Part shown: positions 52,627 through 64,000 of the stretch, one piece after another | Layout of the letters: every line of letters starts with the position of its first letter | Position numbering within the stretch: the first letter of the stretch is position 1 | NCBI RefSeq assembly: GCF_006345805.1 | Contig: NC_042998.1 | Span: 111,166,001 to 111,230,000 of the forward strand | Reading direction: 5' to 3' | Length of the DNA: 64,000 bases | From: Octopus sinensis | Taxonomy: Eukaryota | Made by a program: the position numbers and the translations under genes | Notes under the pieces: model-generated | Databases searched by the model: none | Told to the model about the DNA's origin: nothing | What the model saw: only the letters and a program-made list of their open reading frames with translations

Positions 52627-53645
52627 AGTGAGAGGAGGAAGAGCAGGAGGAGGGAGCAATCGAGGAAGAGAGTATGGGTCAGCAATAGCATGGTGGCGTG
52701 GTTATGTAGATTATTTGATACGGTGTGTTTTTGTGTATTTATGAGTACAGATCAAAGTACAGACGATATATATTTTCATACCTCGTATATGTTGCAACCA
52801 TGAGGATCTCCGTTTGTTCTTTTGCAAATTGAATATCACTCATTAATTATTCTAATTTTGAAAGTATCGTTGAACGTGGGGTGAAATTACTGTTCCACTT
52901 CTCTTATTTTTTTCATTTATTTTTGTACTTAATTTGAATTTCAGTTTTTATACTTACATTATTATATCGATCGTTATAATCTATTCCCAAGGTAATACAT
53001 GTGTAGATAATAATAACTATACGTGGCTTCTGATTTTGATGCGATCAACAGATTACTTTCCATATATTTATGGTTACTTCACTAAAAACCAGCAGGACAT
53101 ATACTAAAGTATTTTTCATATTTCGAAAGTATATTACTATGTTATTTACAAAAATTGATTCTACTTTTCTTTTCATTTACTTTCTCTATTTTATATTGTT
53201 TGCGTTAGCTTTATCAGACAGAATGGAACTAGAGAGAAAGTTTTGCTACGAAATATTTTAAATTGCTATTATAGACGGTTTCATATATTTTTTATGACCA
53301 AATACTGTTGTTTTATATTGGGATGCTTTCATGCTTTTTCTTATAAAATTCGAAACTATTCAGCGTGGCTTTTGAGGTTTGTTTCACTTAGTAACAAATG
53401 TTTCTTTGCCTGAAAGGAAAAATAACTATTTATGATCAATATAAATAAACTCTGACATTTTATATGCACACATAAGAATATATATATATAAATATATATG
53501 TGTATATATGTATATATGTGTGGGGGGGTATACACACATATATACATATATATATATATGGAGATATATATACATGAATACATATACATATATATACAAA
53601 TATATATATGTATGTATATATGTGTGTGTATATATATATATATAC

Positions 53646-53690
<45 letters not shown>

Positions 53691-54010
53691 CATATATAAT
53701 ATATGTGTATATATATAAATATATATATGTATATATATATATATGTATGTATGTATATGCGTGTATGACCTACACATATATATGAATGAGTGTATATAAA
53801 AGGATACCTATACGTTTATCTCATACTATATACATGTGTGTGTGCGTGTATTCGGTTGTAAACATATAGATATATTCATATAAACATTTATATAGGTAAA
53901 TGCACACGTACAGGCGTAGATAGACGAACAGATAGATAGCGATAAGTAGATGTGTGTGTGTGCGTGTGTATGTGTGTGTGCGTGTGTATGTGTGTGTGTG
54001 TGTGTGTAAA

Positions 54011-54060
<50 letters not shown>

Positions 54061-54969
54061 GTATAAAGAATGAGGGAAAAGATGGAATAAATATGTGTGT
54101 GCATATACTTGTAGAATACATTTTTATATGTGTATGCATATATTACTTCGCTTTCCATATAGATAGATTGTATAAAATTATATATCTGTATAGGTAAATT
54201 TATATATTCATGCCCTTTGATATATAATACGTATATATGTATATGCAAACATATGCATACAAATACACACGCACATCTATGTTCATATACGTATGTATGT
54301 ATGTATGTATGTATGTATGTATGTATGTATGTATGTATGTATGTACGAGTATTATGTTTGTATCTATTATGTATGTATGCATGTATGTACGTATTAATAC
54401 ATTCATAATAAGCAGCCCAGTTATCAAATTGTTTATACACATATATATTAGTGTGTAAAGCGTGTACAGATGTATACGCATATGAGTGCATATTTTAAAT
54501 GTGGGTGTATATATATATATATATATATATACATATCTGCGGATGTAGGTAGGTGTGTACCTATGGATGTTATACACATTCTACTGAGAGTGCGTCCAAG
54601 TCAATATTGCTATGTGCGAACAATATTCGCGTTTTCATATCATTATACATATCGATTCTTTGGGTAGGTATTTGAAAAATCCATATAACCTTGGTCTAAT
54701 GGCTATATAAATATGGAAGATTGCCGGCTTTTTTTTTTCACCACTACCCATGTCATGGAGTTTGTATGTTTTGTATATCGAAAGCATGAATGCTTTTAAC
54801 CGAGTGTTGTGGCATTCATTCCTTACTTCAGTAATTTAGAAAATTAATTGGATTCACATACTCATAAGTTGGTAATTTTAAAATTATACTAGCACAGTCT
54901 CTACCTCTCCACATGTTTATGCATGTGTGTATCTGCCTATCTCTCTATTTAGATATGTACATATAGATG

Positions 54970-55011
<42 letters not shown>

Positions 55012-55025
55012 CATACATACATATA

Positions 55026-55071
<46 letters not shown>

Positions 55072-55324
55072 GTATATATATGTATATATATCGTTTGTAA
55101 AGAACATAAATCCGAAAGAAGCACCTTCTAAGAGGTAGAGCAGCATATATTAAAAGTGAGGAAGGCCGGTTTATGGGATCACCTTAGATTTCCATAAAGG
55201 GTTTAACTTTATGGCCCTCTTAAAAATATGGAGGAGGAAATGCCTCACTACTCAAAGGTGATAATTGGGGATTATCTCCCTTTGATATATGCTATTGATT
55301 TCCGGCTGTGCCGCCATCTTGTGG

Positions 55325-55650
55325 GTTCAAAAAACAACAGGAACCTTCTGAAATGTAAACATGGCCTGAAAATCTCCGTTTGGGAGTTAAGATGTTCCCT
55401 GGTTCGTGTGAGTCCTTTAGGATTCTCGCACATTCAGCTATGCATAGCTTGCAACGCATCATCCCGTTGATGTAGGGGCCTTGGTTCCCGAGGATTTTTC
55501 ATGAGATCGAGTATGGAACGCCATCATCTCTTAGTTGCCAGACGTGGCTGGCCACTGATGTTACGTATCTCCTTTCCAGAATTCTGAAGGAGGACCTGCG
55601 GTTGGGAGACGTTGCTTGAAATAGTTCTCGGAACAGCCAATGTATCTCCG
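55325..55650 (-). mobile_element. Penelope-like GIY-YIG remnant (type of 37139-37560)
   Basis: With frameshifts, the minus strand gives YIGCSENYFKQR, SSFRILERRYVTSVASHVWQL, CKLCIAEC and LNSQTEIFRPCLHFRRFLL. Confidence 0.82.
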
Positions 55651-55789
55651 TGGGAGTGTGTTGTCGGTACTGTATCGTTGGGGCTGGGACTACTGGTGCT
55701 GGTGTCGTTGGAGATGGTGTTGGCGACGGTAATGGTATCGCCACTGCCGTTATGGTGAAGTCGCCGATTCTCCTTTCCCTACGCACGGT

Positions 55790-56445
55790 CTTCGGCGCTT
55801 GGCATTTTTATAGAGAACCCATTTCTCGTCACTAGTGACTGTTCGGTCGAAAAAAAGGTTCATTCGTGTGACATGACAGCAGAGAAGAGCACACATCCAC
55901 TCTCGGAAAGTTTGTGTGGAACCTATTGATCCAATTTGCTGACTTTTCCGATGACACGCAGGTGTCCATGAATGGTTGAACGACCAAATCCAAGCTTCTC
56001 TGCTAGTTCCACAACTGTTACAATTGGATTTTGTTCCACCAGAGTTTTCAGGACGTCCTCATCGAGCTCTACAGATTTTCCAGGACGGTGCTTGTCTTCT
56101 AGGGTGTAATTTCCGGCTAGGAATTTCTGGAATCACCGTTGATATTCGCTTACGCTTATTGTCCGATCCCCATACACTGCATTAATATTCCTCAAACTTT
56201 CCGTTGCGTTGTTACCTTGAAGCAAAATATACAGAATACACTCCTTTGACAATTCCACTATAGCTCTGAAAAGAATAACTATTAAAATCAAACTGCACGC
56301 TTCAAAACTTGCACTAAGAAGAATAAGTTCAAGGTAAAATTACTATTTGCTGTTATAGTAAGTCGATGCAGGTAGTTTATCTTGTCCCACTCCGAATTTT
56401 AGTTCATGCAATTGAAAAAACCGCATTATTTACAGGATGACAGAA
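55790..56445 (-). mobile_element. Mariner 5' half (degenerate TIR plus transposase N-terminus)
   Basis: Minus strand gives RNINAVYGDRTIS..QR*FQKFLAGNYTLED, STIHGHL, Q*VPHKL and VTSDEKWVLY. A TIR-like ccgcattatttacaggatgacagaata lies at ~56421-56447. Confidence 0.85.
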
Positions 56446-56451
56446 TATATA

Positions 56452-56507
<56 letters not shown>

Positions 56508-57081
56508 ATATATATATATATATACAGAGAGAGAGAGAGAACGAGAGAGAAGAACGATATTATTTCTAAAAATCATAAAATTAGTGGCCAAGAGCGTAAA
56601 GCCGTATAGGCAAATTAATAATTATGTACGTAATATATAAAAATATATTTATATAAACTAGGGTACTAAATAAGCACCTGCTTTGCTAAAAATAGAAGCC
56701 ACGGAAGAATCACTGAATTAATACAGGCGTGTTAGGAAAAAAAATCTTAGTGAACAAGAATAGCGTCTTACCTCCACCAGGGGATGTTGGTTAATTTGAT
56801 ATCAGGATTTCGAATTTAGCGCCAAAAGCGCCTGAATCTCCTCAGCCAAATCTATAAGGGACAGCTACTAGAATTCCCTACCTTTATACATGTAAGTTCA
56901 TTTGAGAGGAGCGCTGACAAGCTAGAAGTAGCATAGCAATGATATAGGAATTTCTAAACATCTCAAAGTTTTAGCAAACATACAAAGTAATGGAAAAAGG
57001 CTTATACATTTTGGGGGAGAGTTGTTAAATGACCACCCTATCGTGTGAATAGTTACAGCAGCACTGAGTGGAAGGGGATAC

Positions 57082-57222
<141 letters not shown>

Positions 57223-57390
57223 TGTTTCTTTATTAGCCACACAGGGCTGCACACAGATAGAACAAATTACAAGGTAGAGCTTTTCTTTTGAAGGTATAAA
57301 AAAAAAAAAAAAAAAAAAAAAAAGGAAGGGGGAGGTTCGATCAAAAGGGATCGTAAAAGGAGAGAAAGAGGACAAAAATAAGGGGGGTTA

Positions 57391-57421
<31 letters not shown>

Positions 57422-57624
57422 AGAGAAAAAAAATGATCAATAGGGATCGTTATCACAGAAATGTCAATATGAAGTGTAAAGGGGAGGACAGGTGAGGTTT
57501 ACCCGTGGAAAGAAAAGCCTGCGGAAAAGACCACGGTAACCTCGGTCAATGAAGTCACATTTTATATTTCTTTTTTTTTTTTTTTTTTTGCAAATAAGCA
57601 ACTCTCTGTTTTCGATTTTTTGGT

Positions 57625-60600
57625 TCATAGGACTATGCTCAAGGTGGCTTCGTCATTCATACGTGCCATTCTTGCTACATTCACCCATCTTTTTTTAAAA
57701 CATTCGCTAGACAAAACTTGCCTCTCTACTCTCACTTTCCTTTTCAAGTGGTACTTGAAGAAGTTGATGAGAGATTGACCAGAGAGGAAAGTGTTTGTCT
57801 CCAATCCTTTCAGACGCGTCCACCAGATACATTCTTTCGCCATAGCCACAAGGATGATGAAAATAGCTCTTCCTTCCCGTTTGAAGGAAGGAGGCGTGAC
57901 AATATTGACGATAGACTCAGCTGATAAACCGACTCGTCCCACACGTGACAGCAGTTGTTCGACATAAGCCCACAGGTCGGAAATTGTTGGACACTGAACG
58001 AGTGCGTGCAGAACGGTTTCGTCGCTCTGACCGCATCTCGGGCAGGTCGGCCCCGTGTTTCTCGAGCCGTGTCTGTAGAGCTTATCCCGAACGGGTAGCG
58101 CTTCTCGGTAGCACTGCCAGGCCAGGGATCTCTGGAAGTTGTCCATGGGCCCTGGCCCGAAAGTCGTCCCGAACAGGCGGGTCAGGTACTCCTCGTCGAC
58201 GTCCAGGTTCGCCCCGAGCTCGTCGTCGTACCTCCCCTCCACTAACCCCTATAGAATGCTTTGGTTGTGTTGAAGTCACTTAAGGTCGACCCAGGACGGC
58301 AGAGTTGCTTGAGAGCAACGCGACACTCGCGGTGCCATTCGCCCTTCCTCGGCCTCTTTTTGATCCACGACTGCAGTTCGGTCATGGAGACGAGCTGCGG
58401 GAAAGCGTGCCTCACAAACGGCGACCACACCTGTTCACCGTCGTCTACATAGAGCCAGAGATGTCGCAGTCTCAGCGCGTGTCTGCGCATCATCAACCAC
58501 GGCATGCCCAGCCCTCCTTTTAACGGGTGTTGACAGCAAATGGATCGCCTGACCATCGGGACGCATCCTTTCCACAAGAAGCGAAAGAGGATGCGTTGTA
58601 GTTTGGTGATGGTAGGGTCGGGACAAGGTACGACGGTCAGGCGGTAGTAGATGACGGACGCGATGTACGTGTTCGCCACCTCCGCTCGACCTTTTAGGGA
58701 CAGTTTCCTCTCGGCCCATTGCCGGGCGAGAGTGACCACCCTACTCGTTATCTCGTTCCAGTTCTTCTCCACTTGGAGGTCCGGACCAAACCAGACCCCG
58801 AGCAACTCAACCGGGCCGTCGGTCCAGCGTCCCACGACGGAGGCGCTGGTGGACGGCATGGGCTTGCTTCTCCAGGTGCCTAGTCGCAAGCCCACTGACT
58901 TTTCCCGGTTGATTTTCGCTCCTGTCACCGCTTCGTAGTTTTTCAGTGTCTCGCCGACCAGCTCGATGTGCTCGTGGCTAGACACTATGACGGTGACGTC
59001 GTCCGCGTATGCAGACACGCTCGTCCCGCATCCCAATTCTCGCGGGATGCCCCTTAGAGTCGCCAGCTTCCGCAGTAGTGGCTCAAGAGTCAATACGTAT
59101 AGAAGCGCCGAGAGGGGGCATCCCTGACGGACCGAACGTGCAATGTCGAAAGGTCTCGATAGATGTCCATTTACGCGAATTACCGAACGGATGCCTCTGT
59201 ACAAGGCAGCTATCCAGCCGCGGAAGACGGGACCGAAACCAGCCGCTCTCAGGACTGCCTCCAAGTATCGATGGTCTACCCTATCAAAGGCTTTTGATTG
59301 ATCCAAGTTGATCAGGGCCCCACCCATGCCAGGTTCGTTAACTACCCTGTCTATGATGTAGCGCATCAGATGGAGGTTGTCATGGATGGTCCGGCCTGGC
59401 ACGGCGCATGTTTGCGCCTTGTCGACCAGTTTCTCGATGACAAGCGCCAACCTCTTGGCTAGCACCTTGGCCAAAATTTTCAAGTCTGCATTAAGCAGAG
59501 TGATGGGCCTAAAGTTATCTATTACATTTCCCTTGTTAGATCTTTCTTCAGCAGTGTTACGGCTCCTCGGCTCACAAAACCAGGAATGCTCCCGTTTTGC
59601 TGCCAGTTGCAGTACACCGCCGCCAAGAGATCTCCAAACAAGTCTGGCATACAATTGTAAAGCTCGTAGGGTAGACCATCCAAACCCGGTGATTTGTCCC
59701 TCGAGCATTCTGCCATCGCTTCCCGCACTTCCGCCGCCGTGATGGCACCTTCGCAGCACCCTGCCTTTCTTGTCGAGAGTCGTGGTAGGCTATGTAGGTA
59801 GGCACTGAAGTCCACCCTACGTTCTTGCCCTCCACTCGTTCCGAACAGTCGGGCAAAATGCTGCTGAAAGGCCTCACACATTTTACTTGGCTCGAGCAAT
59901 TCGCGCCCCTGTTCATCTACCAGTGACCGAATGTGGCTTTGTTGCCCTGTTGCGCCTCTGCCACCGGGCCTCTCTCGCGGCTCCAACACCTTCGTTCCTT
60001 AGAGCACGCATCCTAGCTCTGACAGCACATCCTTCGTGTTTGGCGTTGAAGTGTTGGTCGAGGGCCAACCTCGCCGCCAAAACGTCGGATGCGATGCCGC
60101 TTCTAATTGCCTCTTCTAGCTTCTTAACTAGCTCACCCTCTACTCTATTTCTATCTATGGCTAGTGCTTTGCTGTACCTAATCGCTTCTGCTTTTACTGC
60201 TCTCTTGAGGGCAAACCACCATTTGTTGTTGATGATGGCTCCCGTCAAAGCCCTCTTTACTAGTGTGCTAATCCGGTCTCTGAAAACTTGTCTCGATGGG
60301 AAAGACGCGTTTAGTTTCCAGTATCCGGGACCCTGCCTAAGTGTCTTACCTAAGTCTAGCGTACATGTCACAAGTTTGTGATCCGTGTAGCTGACTATGT
60401 GGAATTGTGGACATCCTATGCTATCTCTATCTACTGTCCTACACAGTATCCTATCTAGATACGATCTCGACGACCCGATGCGGTTGCTCCATGTCCACGT
60501 TGGCGCATTCGGGTGGTCTAGTCGAAACCTGTCAGACAGTTGAAAGCGTCTGAGCAGGTCTCTGAGGCATTTGCATCCCCGTCTATTCCTATCTCTACCC

Positions 60601-61058
60601 ACGTAGTCTACATGCGTGTCCAAGGTAGCATTCCAATCCCCCACTAAGAGTAAAGGACGAGACGTTCCCAAGAAAACTTCTAGACGTTGAAAGAAATCCG
60701 CCCGACCTGTTAAGGGCGGTGCGTAAACTGATACGAGCCGAAAAGCGCACCCATTGCTGCCGTCGACATCCAGGACGACCAGTCTACCCTCCGGGTCTAC
60801 GAATATTGTCCTTACATTGAGATCCAGACTCTTGTGAAAAAGTACCGCGGTGCCACTACCGCCCATTCTCGGCAGACAGGGGGAAAAATAAATGTTGAAC
60901 TGTCCGCCAAACATGGTCTTTAGGGCCCGCGGATTGTGGAGTCTGGTCTCGCTTATGGCTATGATTTCTAACTTATGTGACTTTATGTCATTTAAGAGGT
61001 ACCCTTGTTTCCAAGGGGACCCCAAGCCACGCGCATTTACACAACCAATCTTGATCAT
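57625..61058 (-). CDS. ORF2: APE endonuclease, reverse transcriptase and C-terminal Cys/His motif; split by single-base frameshifts as given
   Basis: APE motifs VNARGL, ISET, VYAP, GDWNA, YLDR, TDH and GPGYWKLN. RT motifs KSPGLDGLPYELY, FRPITLLNADLKIL, DQSKAFDRVDH, RQGCPLS and YADD. C-terminal CPRCGQSDETVLHALVQC. Confidence 0.93.
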
Positions 61059-61085
61059 AGTTCTAATGAATTAGAATACAGAGGG

Positions 61086-63098
61086 TTACTTACTGCTCGA
61101 AAGTTTTTGCTTTCTCCTCCGTTGGTTTGTCCTCGAGAAGATCCCAGTACAGTTTCTTTGTGAGATATTTTTGGCATTTACCAACCGCACTGGGGAAAAT
61201 GCCTTTGAGTGTGTGGTGCAGACTTTTGGAGATGTGTATATTTTGATGTGGTCTGGTGGTGTTGTGTATGGGTGGTTGTTTGTTTTTATGTCATCTTCTG
61301 TTATGTTTGTTTTTGATTGGATGTATTCCATCAAATTTGTGTTTTTGGTGTCTATGGCTGTGAGCATGTTTGCTGTATATGTTTTTTGTGGTGTTGGTGT
61401 GGCTGTTGTTTGCGTTGGGTTTTGAAATGTCTTCGGGAGATGTATTTCCCCCTGCTTTGTTCGTGTTTGCATTTGGTTTGGTTGTGTTTCTGCTCTTTAT
61501 TTTCCTTCTTTTTGTAGCTATTTGCCATTCCTCACTGGTTTCGTCTTCCGACGAAATTTCTGAGGAATCAGAAGGGGGTAGGGGTATGTTGTGGGCTTCT
61601 ATGTATGTCTGTGTAAGTGGTTGTGTTGTTGTTTTCGTTGTTGTTGGTTGTTGAGTGTTTGTGTGTGTTGAGTGCGGTATAAGGGATGGGGGATCAGTTT
61701 GTGTGTGTTTTCTTTGTGTTTTCTGTTCCTTTGGGTTTTGCTGTTGATGGTAGTGTTGGTATTTTTCCAGGTGTCGAGTGGTTTTTGGTTGATGACGGAT
61801 TAGCTTGGTGTGCTTCTCTTGTCGTCTTCTGTGTTGATGGTGGTGTGGGTAGTAGAGCTTTTTTTCCGGAGTGCTTTGGTTGTGGTAGTGGTTGTTGTTG
61901 TTGCTCTTGGTGTGCAGTGGTTGGGCACGTCTTTTTCAAGTGTGTTTCGCTTCCACACAAATAGCAGCGTGGTCGCCTGCCCTCTACCACTATATAGAGT
62001 TTGTAGCCTCCTGGCAGTTCTATAGCGGTGGGTATCTTCTCTCTTGCTGCTTCATCCAATTGAAGCAGGAATTCGATTGATTTGCCCACATAGTCTTTCT
62101 CTCCTAGAACCGCGATTTCCAGGATGTTTGTCTCTGACATTGTCTCTGACATTTCAAAGCAGATGGCAGAGACCACCCATTGTGTTTCGACATCAAATGG
62201 TATGTTTTTTATTTGGACTTTCGTGACCCTTTTGTTTAAATAGACTGGTATCATTACCAAGTCGTCCGAATGTAGCTCCAATGTGGAAAAACGTTTTGCT
62301 AAACTTTCGTTGAGGAAACGTACTTGGACTGTACCAAATTTGTTTCCCCAACTGATATATTCCTTGGAGTCCCATACAGGACGAAGGCATTTATCGATTT
62401 TTTCCTGCGGTGCATTTTCTGTTCTTCTTGTCTTTTTGTTTATTACTTTATAAATTATTGTTTTTTTTTGCGTGTTTTCCACGATGTGTTGTGGAATATG
62501 AAGGTGCAATTTGTCCTTCTTTGGAGAAGAGTGCCTTTGTGCGGTTTATCTCTTGTGTGGTGAATGTTACAATTGTTCTTTTTTGTTTTGTTACGTCCGC
62601 AAAATTCGTTTTGAATTTGGCAGTAGAAGTGTTAATTGTGGCAGTGTTAATTGAAGTCATGGTAGTGGTGTTGGTGTTGGCGGTATTAGCAGCAGAAGGC
62701 TTGGATGTAGCATTTGACGTCGTAGTAGTGGTGTTGGTGTTGGCGGTGTTGTCTTTGGTAGGCGGCTTTGTGCCAATTTCGTTGTTGTTGTTGTTGGTGG
62801 TGATGGTGGTGGTGCTGGCATTCATGTTTTCGTTTGTATTCATTTTTGAAATCCCTTTCTCTGTCCCTTTATCATCAACAAGTGGTGTGGGGAGTGAGGG
62901 GAAATCTAAGTTAATGTCTTTGGTCGCGGCGATGGTGAATGCGACGTTAGATTTGTTGTTGTTGTTGTTGGTGGTGGTGATGGTGGTGACAGCGGTGTTC
63001 ACGCTGCGATGTTTAGCAGCTAGTGGTAGCAATAGTGTTTTGCTACCGTTCTGCATGACTGGCGGGCTAGCCACGTGGTTTCTAGTTGCCATTTTCAA
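61086..63098 (-). CDS. ORF1: Thr/Asn-rich N-terminus, RRM-like core and CCHC knuckle; frameshifted as given
   Basis: CYLCGSETHLKKTC (CX2CX4HX4C), KVQIKNIPFDV and SEEWQIATKRRKIK, in pieces across several frames directly upstream of ORF2. Confidence 0.8.
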
Positions 63099-63310
63099 AA
63101 TGAAAAATGGCTAAAAAACCCACGAAAGTTTTGAAAGTTTTTTTGTAATTTCGCCCATACAGGGGCGGAATTCTACGTGAATAATTCTCAGGTTTTTTAG
63201 TGAATGAATTTGCACAACGATTAAAACAAAATATTTGACAACAAGGAGTTTTAAACATGTAAAAGTGGCCAACTTACTTGGAGCCGATATGACTAGCGTC
63301 CGTCCATTGT

Positions 63311-63385
<75 letters not shown>
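63311..63385. repeat. (GATA)n between the two Tx1-like copies
   Basis: Seen directly. Confidence 0.97.
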
Positions 63386-64000
63386 TTCTTTATTAGCCAC
63401 ACAGAGCCGAACACAGATGGGACAGTACAATGTAGAACTTATCTTTTCGAAAGAAAGGCAGAAGAAAATAAAAGAAAAAATCCCGATCAAAAGGGATCGA
63501 AAGCAAAATAATGGGGAGTAAAAATGTAAAACAAATGTGGAAAGAAAAACCTTCGAAAGAGACCACGGTAACCTCAGGCAGGGAAAGAAAGCCCTCTCTC
63601 TCTCTCCCTGTCACTCTCTCTCTCCTTTGGATTTGCATGATCATGTTCGAAGTGGTTTCGTCATTCATGCGTACCACCTTCGCTACATTCACCAACCATT
63701 TATTGAAACTTTCATGAGACAAATCGTGCCTCTCTATTCTCACCTTCCTTTTCAAGTGGTACTTAAAAAAGTTGATCAGCGATTGGCCAGAGAGAAAAGT
63801 GCTTGTCTCTAAACCTTTCTCACTAGCCCAGCACACACATTCTTTCACCATAGCCACCAGTACAATGAAAACTGTTTTGCCTTCCCGGTTAAAGGAAGGT
63901 GGCGGGGTAATATTCACGAATTCGTCCAACACGTGACAGCAGCCGTTCCACATAAGACCACAGGTTTGAACATTACACGAGTGCGTGCAGAACTGTTTCG
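63386..64000 (-). mobile_element. 3' end of a second, diverged Tx1-like copy (runs off the window)
   Basis: The same terminus tttctttattagccacacag. Its ORF2 C-terminus (FLSGQSLINFFKYHLKRKVR) matches copy 1, with small deletions near 63920 and 63970. Confidence 0.92.

Larger units (their letters stand above)
57223..63310 (-). mobile_element. Full-length (~6.1 kb) Tx1-clade (L1 group) non-LTR retrotransposon
   Basis: 5' UTR 63099-63310, ORF1 with CCHC knuckle, ORF2 APE-RT-Cys domain, U-rich 3' UTR with AATAAA (57229-57234), and (TATC)n on both sides. Confidence 0.95.

Noticed and set aside
57718-63114. Plus-strand ORFs overlapping the Tx1 element (for example 59887-60381 and 62410-63114)
   Set aside because: Antisense shadows of GC-rich or low-complexity LINE coding sequence.

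Overview
AT-rich, microsatellite-dense eukaryotic DNA. The SINE families and repeat style look like an octopus (coleoid cephalopod) genome; this is my inference and is not verified. I found no host gene I can confidently call, only three weak exon candidates. The window is mostly transposable elements: (i) a full-length ~6.1 kb Tx1-clade LINE on the minus strand (57223-63310; ORF1 with CCHC knuckle, ORF2 APE-RT) with (GATA)n on both sides, plus the 3' end of a diverged second copy that also ends in (GATA)n; (ii) a 5'-truncated R4/Dong-type REL LINE in an (AAT)n tract; (iii) a second REL LINE fragment embedded in (CATA)n; (iv) mariner and maT-type DNA transposon remnants; (v) about six Penelope-like RT or GIY-YIG remnants; (vi) several tRNA-derived SINEs. 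The most interesting signals are three LINE families each sitting in its own microsatellite, and two families of short head-to-head repeats carrying minimal type I hammerhead ribozyme motifs. One hammerhead has an intact catalytic core, and the other family is fused to a tRNA-like head. Many local inverted duplications lie next to (TA)n tracts.
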